Assembly: GCA_046757025.1 (NCBI GenBank)
Contig: JBHHXN010000024.1
Span: 1 to 44,331, forward strand
Direction of reading: 5' to 3'
DNA: 44,331 bases
Source: a bacterium
GTDB lineage: Bacteria; Zhuqueibacterota; Zhuqueibacteria; Oceanimicrobiales; Oceanimicrobiaceae
Part shown: piece after piece, positions 18,252 to 26,730 of the stretch
How positions within the stretch are numbered: position 1 is the first letter of the stretch
Layout: each line of letters starts with the position of its first letter
Notes under the pieces: generated by a model
The model's database searches: none
Told to the model about the DNA's origin: nothing
The model's input: the letters and a program-made list of their open reading frames with translations, nothing else
Position numbers and translations under genes: made by a program

Positions 18252-19423
18252 TTTTTTACTGTAAAAATAAATTTAGTGCGTTTACCGATATTAGATTCAA
18301 TCCAAATTTCTCCACCGGAATTTTCAATAATTTTTTTTACCAGGGATAATCCGATACCGGTATTTTCATAGTCCGATTGCGGCGTCAAAGTTTGAAATAT
18401 CTGGAAAACTTTTTGAAAATGCTGCTCGTCGATGCCGGGTCCGTTGTCCTCAATGGAAATTTCCCAGTGGTCGGGACATTCAACACTCGCGATTTTTATG
18501 ACCCCCCTCGGTTTGTCTATGTATTTGATACTGTTGCTGATTATATTTTGAAATACCTGTTCGATGCGAATTCGTTCAAACTGTACTGTGGGTAATTTAT
18601 TTAATATTTCAATGGTGACGTTTTCGGGCGGGGCCAACAAATCGATCACTTCCTGAACCAGTTCGTTCAAATCGACCTGTACTTTTTGATCTTTGATGCG
18701 GCCAATTCTTGAATACACTAAAATTCCATCGATCAAGTCATGCATTCTTTTTACCCGACCAAGAAGCAAATTCAGTTGCTCTTTCGCTTGCTCATTGAAA
18801 CTGTCCACGTGGTCGGTGTACAGCCAGGTGGCAAGACAATTAATTGCTCGTAGTGGAGCTTTTAAATCGTGTGACACCACATAGGCAAAATCGTTCAGCT
18901 CCTGGTTGATTTTTTTTAACTCCCGGGCTTGCTGTTCAAGTAACTGCTCCTTTTCTTGCAAATACATTAAAACCATACTTAAATCGGTCATTTTTTTTTC
19001 AAGCTCAAGAGCTTGATTTTCCAGAAGCTGCTTTTGTTTAAATAAATTGAGAAAAACGGTAATTTTGCTTTTCAGTATTTTAGGTTGCAAGGGTTTGCGA
19101 AGACAATCCACTGCACCTAAATCGTATCCACGAAGCAGAAAGTTATCTTTATTATTTTCAGAAACGAAAATGAAAGGAACATTTTCTGCTTTTTTGACAT
19201 CGATGATTTTTCGGGATAGTTCGACTTTATTCTGTTCTTCTCCTGAAATATCCATGAGAATAAGCCCTAAATTGCGTTTGAGAGTCGAGTTCAGGGCGCC
19301 GTTGCGGAAACATGACTGAAGCAGGTTTACCTCTTGATTGTCGAGAGTGCTTTTTAGAATGTTGATGATGTCGGGTTTGTCTTCCACTACCAACAGATTA
19401 AATTTTTCATCTTCGTTCAGCAT
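18248..19423 (-). CDS. cytoplasmic histidine kinase with an N-terminal (degenerate) receiver domain
   Basis: REC, coiled coil, H-box AYVVSHDLKAPLR, N-box, DNGPGI and TGIGL; overlaps the response regulator by 4 nt. Confidence 0.9.
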   Translation of the reverse strand: MLNEDEKFNLLVVEDKPDIINILKSTLDNQEVNLLQSCFRNGALNSTLKRNLGLILMDISGEEQNKVELSRKIIDVKKAENVPFIFVSENNKDNFLLRGYDLGAVDCLRKPLQPKILKSKITVFLNLFKQKQLLENQALELEKKMTDLSMVLMYLQEKEQLLEQQARELKKINQELNDFAYVVSHDLKAPLRAINCLATWLYTDHVDSFNEQAKEQLNLLLGRVKRMHDLIDGILVYSRIGRIKDQKVQVDLNELVQEVIDLLAPPENVTIEILNKLPTVQFERIRIEQVFQNIISNSIKYIDKPRGVIKIASVECPDHWEISIEDNGPGIDEQHFQKVFQIFQTLTPQSDYENTGIGLSLVKKIIENSGGEIWIESNIGKRTKFIFTVKK

Positions 19424-19504
19424 GGTTTCAAATAGGCAATGGCCATAGTTATGAAGTGAACATGACTTTTTTTAATTGTAGAAATTGCAGATTCGGTCGC
19501 TTTA

Positions 19505-19531
19505 TTATCGGCATTTACGCATATATGTTTA
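19505..19531 (-). promoter_or_regulatory. sigma28 (FliA-type) promoter of the kinase/regulator pair
   Basis: Minus strand TAAA-N15-GCCGATAA, an exact consensus match, about 80 nt upstream of the kinase start. Confidence 0.75.
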
Positions 19532-19545
19532 ATCATTTGAGAATT

Positions 19546-19728
19546 GTAACTGTTCAGCCAAAACTGTCATGCTGAGCGCAAACTCGCAAATGCTGAGCAT
19601 CTTACCGAAAGTATCTAAACGAAGTGTCTTGCAATCGGTTTGGAGATTCTTCGCATATCCGCGCCTGTGGAGATGAGTAAAAAATCCGGGGTTTGTGCTC
19701 AAAATGACAACCCCGGCTGAATAGTTAC
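19546..19728. mobile_element. MITE with 14-bp TIRs and a 3-bp target duplication
   Basis: ATT|GTAACTGTTCAGCC ... GGCTGAATAGTTAC|ATT; internal TGTCATGCTGAGC...GCTCAAAATGACA palindrome. Confidence 0.8.
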
Positions 19729-19909
19729 ATTGAATTCATGCTGGCATTAAAATTATCCGTACTGGATGACCTGCTGAAGGTCTTCATTTTTGACTGAGAC
19801 AAATTATTCGGATTGAGATGAATTTGGAACGGGGAAATGGATAATTTTAGGATGGTTACTGCAAATCAGAATGGATTGAAGTCATCTCGATTTGAGGAGT
19901 TGTTCGAAT

Positions 19910-19934
19910 TTGGCTGAAATCAACCAATTGGTTG
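19910..19934. promoter_or_regulatory. candidate upstream activator site for a sigma54 activator
   Basis: Perfect 14-bp palindrome CAACCAATTGGTTG (19921-19934) overlapping TTGG-N10-CCAA, about 150 bp upstream of the -24/-12 box. Confidence 0.45.
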
Positions 19935-20077
19935 TTTAAATCAAAAGCTGGCTTTTTTCAGCAATAGAACTTTATTAGAATTTCAAGAGGAAAATTAATA
20001 TTATTTAGGGCGTAAATAATTGAAAATAAATGAATACAAGTCACAGAAACAAACTTGAAAAACGAATTTAATTAAAC

Positions 20078-20092
20078 TGGCACCACCTTTGC
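20078..20092 (+). promoter_or_regulatory. sigma54 (-24/-12) promoter
   Basis: TGGCAC-CACCT-TTGC, an exact consensus match, preceded by an AT-rich tract and about 60 nt before the ATG at 20151. Confidence 0.8.
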
Positions 20093-20150
20093 CTGCAAAG
20101 GGATTGACTGGTAATTAACTGGGTTTTAAACATCATACAGGAGTACCGCC

Positions 20151-20750
20151 ATGAGAAAAGTCAGAAGCTTTTTCGTGCCATTTCTATTGCTGGCTTTGCT
20201 TTTATCTTTTGCCATCAGTCATTGGGGCTGTTCAGATCAATCACCATTGGCTCCGCAAAATTCTCTAGTGACGAATGCCGAAAAAATCCATTTCATTCCA
20301 TTGACCGATGGTTCGAGGGCATTGAGTAAAGGCCAGCACGATCAAAACAAAGCGTCCGCCTGGGTTACCGTGAAAGAGGGGGGCAAGCTGAAGCTGAAAT
20401 ATAAAAATGATGATGTCAAAGTCAAAGTAAAATTGCAAGTGCGGCCCAAAACCATCAATCGGGATGCGGAGCTGACGCTGGTTTTAAATCCGTTGATGTT
20501 GGACATGGAATTTGGACCGGCTGACATCATTTTTAGCTCGCCAGCGATGTTAAATATTGAGGCAAAAGGATTGGATTTGTCCAAAGCAGATCCGGATAAA
20601 ATCGACATTTATTATGTCAATCCACTCACGAACAAGTGGGAAAAAATAGCCCGAGAAAAAGTCAAAGTCGATATAAAGAAGGGAAGTATCAAAGTTGTCA
20701 ACGCAGAGATCGAGCATTTTTCTCGATACGCAGTAGGTTGGGGAGAGTAG
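20151..20750 (+). CDS. secreted lipoprotein with a ZU5-like beta domain and C-terminal HFS motif
   Basis: AGGAG RBS; signal peptide with HWGC lipobox; EGGKL...EFGPADIIFSSPAML...IYY...W...EIEHFSRYAVGWGE*. Confidence 0.75.
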   Translation: MRKVRSFFVPFLLLALLLSFAISHWGCSDQSPLAPQNSLVTNAEKIHFIPLTDGSRALSKGQHDQNKASAWVTVKEGGKLKLKYKNDDVKVKVKLQVRPKTINRDAELTLVLNPLMLDMEFGPADIIFSSPAMLNIEAKGLDLSKADPDKIDIYYVNPLTNKWEKIAREKVKVDIKKGSIKVVNAEIEHFSRYAVGWGE

Positions 20751-20853
20751 AAAGAAACTCAGAATTTGATGAGAAATCGGCTGTAAAGATATTTCAAAAG
20801 CACCATTTCGATGACATTTTTGAAGGGTAACTAATTGAATAATTTATTCTAAT

Positions 20854-20880
20854 TTAAATTGACGGCATTTGTACCGATAA
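20854..20880 (+). promoter_or_regulatory. weak sigma28-like promoter upstream of the TPR/kinase operon
   Basis: TTAA-N15-ACCGATAA (or TAAA-N14), an imperfect match. Confidence 0.3.
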
Positions 20881-21270
20881 AAATAGAAAGGAGAATTATA
20901 CTTTTATGATTTAATTCAGGGTTCAAAAAGAATTTGGTTAACCATTTGAGATGATCAAAATTGGGGGTAATTGGGAGATACGAGATATTTTGTACCAGAC
21001 GACAACGTAAATATGGAATCAGAAGTTAACCTCTAATCGATTGTGTACCAGGTATGACAGGCATGTTTAAATTTAGAAACGGTCTCAGGGATGAGCCCTC
21101 ATCCTTCCTTAACCGGCCAAAGAAAATCTCACTGCTCAAAGCCATTGATTTTAGCGAAGCGAAATTTCAAATAAATGAAAAGTTGCAAGCAAATTTCGAT
21201 TTTTTAATCGGATTTCATGCCTGCGGATCAAATTTATTTGTTTTACTGCATTAGTAAGAAGAGGAAGGTC

Positions 21271-22563
21271 ATGATTCAAAAGCGTCAAAAACAAACGCAA
21301 AATTATTTACAACGATTATCTGATTTTTTAGAACCCAAAGAATCCCCAAAACTACCATCGTACAATTCGTGGTTGTCTATCGTTGCAAACGCCGTTGAAA
21401 AGTTAATCGCAAAACAGAACTGTCAGTCGTTTAGCGAGCAACGAGACGATTCAAACGAATCTCTTTCAAAAGTAAGTTATTATATCGATTTAGCCTTGCA
21501 AACTTTTAAGAATATTCGGGAGCCGTTATTAGATGACAGCAACCAGGCGAACTTTTTATTTGCCTTAAGTGAAACGTATGAGTCTTTGGGTGATTACCCG
21601 TCGGCATTAAAAAACTATGCGACGGTTCTGGAATTGGCTGAGAAGGCAAAAGATCAATCCCTGCAAGGTAAGATAAAGTACCGAATGGCAAGTATCCTTT
21701 CAGAACTTGGTCACTGGCAGCGTGCGAAAGAATTGCTGCAAGAATCCATGCTTGCCCTGAAAACCATCGACAACTATCACGAAACCGCTTATGCTCAGAT
21801 TGAACTCGCAAAGATTTCTTACCGACGAGGTGAGTATCTTGCTGCCATGGAAGCTTTTAAGGCAGCCCGAACCATCAGCGATGCCATCGGTGAAACCCGC
21901 AGCCGGGCAATTATCAATAACCACTTGGGAATAATTTTACGAATGAAAGGCGAGTACGATTTAGCCTACCAGCACATTCAAGAATCACTGGTGGGATTTC
22001 AAAGCGTGCAAGATTACCGCGGAACGGCAGAATGTTTAAACAATCTCGGTGTGGTACATTTTAAACGCCAACAGCCTCAGATGGCCATCAGCTATTTTGA
22101 AAAGGCACATCAGCTATGTCAGGCTACAGGTCATTTTCCGCTGTTAGCCTTTGTTTATTTGAATAAAACGGAATATTACTGTCAGGCCACGGATTATCTC
22201 ATGGCTTTAAATGTGTGCTGTCGGGCACTGGAAAATTTCGTGCGGTTAAACAACCCCATTGGGCTGGCCAAAACCAATTTGCTTTTCGGGAGGATTTTCA
22301 AGCAGGCAGGGCAATTCGAGAGGGCTGAAAAATTTTACCAGGAGAGCCTCAAATTATATCAGGATTTTAAGATTCCACTGGGGCTGGCAAACGGCCATCG
22401 CGAATTCTCACAAATGCTAAAGGAGTGTGGTAAAAGTCAGGAGGCATTGATTCACGAATCGGAGGCCCAAAAAATACTGGCAAAACTGCACATGGAGAAA
22501 ACAGAAACGAAAAAAGCGGTGAATCGTGAGCCTGATTTAATTTCCAGGGTTGTGCCAGATTGA
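21271..22563 (+). CDS. cytoplasmic TPR protein (about 40-aa MalT/Rap-like repeats)
   Basis: GAGGAAGG RBS before the ATG at 21271; repeats such as AECLNNLGVVHFKRQQPQMAISYFEKA; no signal peptide. Confidence 0.85.
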   Translation: MIQKRQKQTQNYLQRLSDFLEPKESPKLPSYNSWLSIVANAVEKLIAKQNCQSFSEQRDDSNESLSKVSYYIDLALQTFKNIREPLLDDSNQANFLFALSETYESLGDYPSALKNYATVLELAEKAKDQSLQGKIKYRMASILSELGHWQRAKELLQESMLALKTIDNYHETAYAQIELAKISYRRGEYLAAMEAFKAARTISDAIGETRSRAIINNHLGIILRMKGEYDLAYQHIQESLVGFQSVQDYRGTAECLNNLGVVHFKRQQPQMAISYFEKAHQLCQATGHFPLLAFVYLNKTEYYCQATDYLMALNVCCRALENFVRLNNPIGLAKTNLLFGRIFKQAGQFERAEKFYQESLKLYQDFKIPLGLANGHREFSQMLKECGKSQEALIHESEAQKILAKLHMEKTETKKAVNREPDLISRVVPD

Positions 22564-22610
22564 AATGCGAGTTTTCTAATTGATTCAAACAATACTGAAA
22601 ACCATTTTTA

Positions 22611-25600
22611 ATGTCTGAGAAATTAAAAAAGATCAAACACTACAAACTGATCGAATTGATTGGCAGCGGTGGCATGGGGGAAGTTCACAAAGCCTTCGAT
22701 TCGATGTTAGAACGCGATGTAGCCATAAAAATCATGCATCGTCACTTGCTGGACGAAGAAAACATCGATGCCCGTTTTATGCGGGAAGCCCGGGCCGCTG
22801 CGAAATTGGTACATCCGAATATCGTTACCATCCACGAGGTGGGCAAGGCAGAATGCGGGCGCTTTATCGTCATGGAATACGTGAACGGTATGCCGCTGAC
22901 CAACTATCTCAAAAGTGAGGAAAATATTAAACCTGAGTTTGCCTTAAAACTGGTAATTCAGATTCTGAAAGGTTTGAGCTGTGCACATAACATGGGCATT
23001 TTTCATCGCGACATCAAACCCGACAACATCCTGGTTGCGGAAAGTGAAATCGCAAAAATATTGGATTTTGGCATCGCAAAAATAGCTGCGAAAGAGGGGT
23101 TGACCGCGGCCGGCGATATACTCGGCACGGTGGAATACATGGCTCCGGAACAGATGCTCGGCGAGGGATTGGACCATCGTTGTGATATTTATGCGACGGG
23201 TGTGGTGCTGTATCAATTTTTAACGAAAAGGATGCCTTTTGTAGGTGAGAATCCCGTGGCTATTCTTTATAAAATACTCAATGAAGATCCCATTCCGCCT
23301 TCCTACTATAACAGCGAAGTCGGTCAAGAGCTGGATCAGGTGGTGCTCAAAGCCATTCACAAAAGTAAAGACGAGCGCTGGGAATCGGCCGTCGCTTTGG
23401 CAGAAGCGCTGGAAGCCATCCTTCGCAGCGGGACTTATCCATCCGGTTTTGCGCAATCGGATGACTCAGAATCCCTGATGGATTTTGAGGCCGAGCTGAA
23501 GACCGAATTTCATACTAGTGCTGCAAACAAAATGAACAGCGTGTTTGTCGGGCGGGAAAATGAATTCAAGCGTCTGGTGAATTTATTTGGTCTGGCGGTG
23601 CGGAATCAGGGACAAACGGTGATTCTTGCCGGCGAAGCCGGCGTGGGCAAAAGTACGCTGGCCGTTCGTCTGCAAGAGTACGCCCGGAAAAATCAAGCCT
23701 GGGTGCTTTACGGCGCCTGTCTTTATCAGGAAGGTATGGACGCCTACCTGCCGTTCATCGATGCGTTGCGCGGATTTTTCAGCAAAGAGAGCCAATATCT
23801 TTCTGAAAAAGAACGCCTGAATTTGAAAAACATTCTGCGAGAGAAAGTGCCTTTGCTGCAGGAGTTTACCGAGCGCTTTCAGACCAGCTTTGGGCCGCCC
23901 ACATCTTCTGAAGGCCAGAATGAAAAGCGCAACATGTTTGAAAGTATCTATCAGCTCATTTCTTTGCTGTCTTCTTTGCGAACGGTGCTCTTGATAATCG
24001 ACGACATTCACTGGGCTGATGAAGCCAGTTTGCGGTTATTTCACTATCTGTCTCATCATGTGGTTCAAAATCGTGTGCTGTTGGTCGGCATCAGCCGCAT
24101 CGAAAGGTACGATTTGTTGAAAGATGGCAAACCCACCATGATCGTGGACATGCTGGCACGTATTCGACGCGAAAGCACCTGCGAACAGATCACCCTGTAC
24201 CGATTGAGCAAAAAGAACTGTGAAGCGCTCGTGGATAAATCCCTGGCCCCGGCGATGTTTACTGAAGAGTTTTATGAGCTGATTTACAACGAGACCAAAG
24301 GCAACCCCCTGTTCGTGCTGGAAACATTGAAATTGATGCGTGAAAACGGTACGGTTTTTTTTAATGCGGGCGCCTGGTACAATAAGCAGGAAGGATTTGA
24401 GCTCGCAGTTCCCAATCGGGTGGAGGATGTCTTTGTTCGACGCTTGAGCGCCCTGAATGAAGATGAGAGGGAAATCCTGCAAGTAGCGGCGGTGATCGGA
24501 TTCAAATTCGATATTTCTTTACTGGCAACCATTTTAGAAACAACCAAAATCAAGCTCTTGAAAAACCTACAGCGTGTGGAAAGAGAATTGCAAATTCTGA
24601 CCAGCACCGAACAGGGATATCAGTTTGAGCACCCCATGTTGCAAGATATGCTGTATAATGAAATTCCGAAAGCACTGGCCCAAGAGTACCATTTGATGAT
24701 CGCGGCGGAGATGGAAAAAATCCATAATGGAGAATATGGCGCTTTGGTGGGAGAGGTGGCTCAACATTTGCGACGGGGCGGCCAGCATGAAAAAGCCGCA
24801 CCGTTGTTATATGAGGCGGCCATGCGAGCTTTCAAGCTCGGAGCGTTTCGTGAAGCGGGCTTGTTTTTCACAGATTTCATGGACTCAGATGAACGCAGTG
24901 GCGGCAACCAGCAAAAATTCATCTCCAATGAAGAGCTGTATTTGAAACTTGGAAGGTGCCATGAGGAGGCCGGTCGTTGGGATGAAAGCATGGAGGCTTA
25001 TAAAATTCTACTCAAATTGAGCGAGAAACGGGAAGATCCAAAAGGACAAATAAATGCTCTGGAACGCATGGGAAGAATCCAGGCCAAACATGGCGACTAC
25101 GATGCCGCCCTTGAAACCTACACTAAATCTATTCAGCTTGCGAACCAGCACCAGATAAGTGGGATACTCAGTCGCCTTTACAACAGTGCAGGTATCATCC
25201 ATTTTGAAAAAAGCGATTTTAATCAAGCCATGGATTATTTTAAAAAAACTATTCAATTGTTGGATAGCGATGAAGGAGACGACCATAAAGCCCATGCTTT
25301 GATAAATATGGGAATCATCGCAAATATTCGGGCTGATTACAAAACGGCGTTAGAGAATTATGAAAAAGCGCTGGAGATTTTCGAAATGAAAATTGACCGT
25401 AAAAATCAAGCAAGGGTTTATCACAACATCGGAATGACCTATTCTGACACGGGTGACTGGAGCAAATCAATTCAAGCATTTGAGCGCTGTTTGGAGCTGA
25501 CCGATAAAGTCGAAGATAAACAACTACGTGGCCTGATTTATTTGAACATGGGCAAGGTTTACGCCTACCAGGAGAGCCTAACTAAAGCTCAGGAAAATGT

Positions 25601-25934
25601 TGAGAAGGCGTTAAAGATGTTCAAGTTAATGGGCGATATTTTAAATGTAGCCGAATCATATCATGCCTTTGGCATCATCCATAGTGCCAGAGGCAACTTC
25701 TCAGAGGCGGAGCTGTACCTGAAAGAAAGTTTCCAAATCAATGAAGAAAAAGAATACCATGAGGCGTTAGCAGAAACCTGCGTCACCTATGGCGATGTTT
25801 GTTATAAACACGGCGATTGTGCGCGTGCGAAAGAGTTTTGGAGCAAAGCGGTTAATTTATTTGATAGATTAAATTTGAAAACCAAAGTTGATAAAGTGGG
25901 GGTTAAATTAAAACAAATTGTTGACGAGGAGTGA
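22611..25934 (+). CDS. Ser/Thr protein kinase - STAND-type AAA ATPase - TPR protein
   Basis: GSGGMG, VAIK, HRDIKPDN, DFG, APE; FVGRENE, Walker A GEAGVGKS, Walker B LLIIDDIHWAD, GNPLF, FEHP; C-terminal TPR array. Confidence 0.92.
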   Translation: MSEKLKKIKHYKLIELIGSGGMGEVHKAFDSMLERDVAIKIMHRHLLDEENIDARFMREARAAAKLVHPNIVTIHEVGKAECGRFIVMEYVNGMPLTNYLKSEENIKPEFALKLVIQILKGLSCAHNMGIFHRDIKPDNILVAESEIAKILDFGIAKIAAKEGLTAAGDILGTVEYMAPEQMLGEGLDHRCDIYATGVVLYQFLTKRMPFVGENPVAILYKILNEDPIPPSYYNSEVGQELDQVVLKAIHKSKDERWESAVALAEALEAILRSGTYPSGFAQSDDSESLMDFEAELKTEFHTSAANKMNSVFVGRENEFKRLVNLFGLAVRNQGQTVILAGEAGVGKSTLAVRLQEYARKNQAWVLYGACLYQEGMDAYLPFIDALRGFFSKESQYLSEKERLNLKNILREKVPLLQEFTERFQTSFGPPTSSEGQNEKRNMFESIYQLISLLSSLRTVLLIIDDIHWADEASLRLFHYLSHHVVQNRVLLVGISRIERYDLLKDGKPTMIVDMLARIRRESTCEQITLYRLSKKNCEALVDKSLAPAMFTEEFYELIYNETKGNPLFVLETLKLMRENGTVFFNAGAWYNKQEGFELAVPNRVEDVFVRRLSALNEDEREILQVAAVIGFKFDISLLATILETTKIKLLKNLQRVERELQILTSTEQGYQFEHPMLQDMLYNEIPKALAQEYHLMIAAEMEKIHNGEYGALVGEVAQHLRRGGQHEKAAPLLYEAAMRAFKLGAFREAGLFFTDFMDSDERSGGNQQKFISNEELYLKLGRCHEEAGRWDESMEAYKILLKLSEKREDPKGQINALERMGRIQAKHGDYDAALETYTKSIQLANQHQISGILSRLYNSAGIIHFEKSDFNQAMDYFKKTIQLLDSDEGDDHKAHALINMGIIANIRADYKTALENYEKALEIFEMKIDRKNQARVYHNIGMTYSDTGDWSKSIQAFERCLELTDKVEDKQLRGLIYLNMGKVYAYQESLTKAQENVEKALKMFKLMGDILNVAESYHAFGIIHSARGNFSEAELYLKESFQINEEKEYHEALAETCVTYGDVCYKHGDCARAKEFWSKAVNLFDRLNLKTKVDKVGVKLKQIVDEE

Positions 25935-25966
25935 TCTTACTTTCATAAAATGTAAAGAGACGAATA

Positions 25967-26278
25967 ATGGAATCTCAATCGGAAAATCAGAACAAATGTC
26001 CCAGATGCTATAAGCAGTATGCGCTAGAAGATAAATTTTGCGGTTTTTGCGGATTTAATCTATCCGCGTTGCCAACGGCAGAAATGATCACACAGCGTGC
26101 CATGCGAGTGAGCGATATCCAGTTTAATCTGGGCATGGTGTATTTCAATATGGGGAAATATGAGCAAGCCCTGCAAAATTTTGAGAAGTGTATCGAAGAA
26201 AGCCCGGATAATTTGAGCTTTCGTGAAATGTATGAAAAAGCTAAACTTGCGTTGAAAGACAAGGTGAAAATTCCATAG
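25967..26278 (+). CDS. zinc-ribbon plus single TPR protein
   Basis: CPRC...FCGFCG followed by QFNLGMVYFNMGKYEQALQNFEKCIEESP. Confidence 0.8.
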   Translation: MESQSENQNKCPRCYKQYALEDKFCGFCGFNLSALPTAEMITQRAMRVSDIQFNLGMVYFNMGKYEQALQNFEKCIEESPDNLSFREMYEKAKLALKDKVKIP

Positions 26279-26307
26279 AATCAGCCACCCATTTGTAAGG
26301 AATCACT

Positions 26308-26700
26308 ATGGAAAGTAAAATATGTAGTTGCTGCAAACACACAAACACTTCAAACAATCATTTTTGCACGCAGTGCGGTTCGCGTCTTGACGACGACTAC
26401 GGTCATAGGCCCCGGCTGCGATTGCTCTACGGCGAACCCAAAGGTGCAGTGTTTGTGCTGGGGCAACGTCAAAACACCATCGGCCGGGACAGCGGAAATT
26501 TGATCGTGCTCGGAGATGAACAAGTTTCAAATAAACACGCTGCCATTACATTAGAGGACGAAAATTACTGGATAGAAGACTTCAATAGCAAAAACGGCAT
26601 TTTTGTCAACGGTAAAAAAGTGAGCAAACGCGAACAATTGATCAACCGCAGTCTGATCAAGATGGGAGCTACCATCATGCGGTTTGAAACCAGTTATTAA
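26308..26700 (+). CDS. zinc-ribbon plus FHA domain protein
   Basis: CSCC...FCTQCG; FHA motifs IGRD, VSNKHA and NSKNG. Confidence 0.88.
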   Translation: MESKICSCCKHTNTSNNHFCTQCGSRLDDDYGHRPRLRLLYGEPKGAVFVLGQRQNTIGRDSGNLIVLGDEQVSNKHAAITLEDENYWIEDFNSKNGIFVNGKKVSKREQLINRSLIKMGATIMRFETSY

Positions 26701-26730
26701 ATCATCACAATTAGTTGCAGCAGGAAGATT

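Noticed and set aside
20870..21051. CRISPR-like array from the TGTACC repeats
   Set aside because: Repeats are only 6-8 nt, irregularly spaced, and there are no cas genes.
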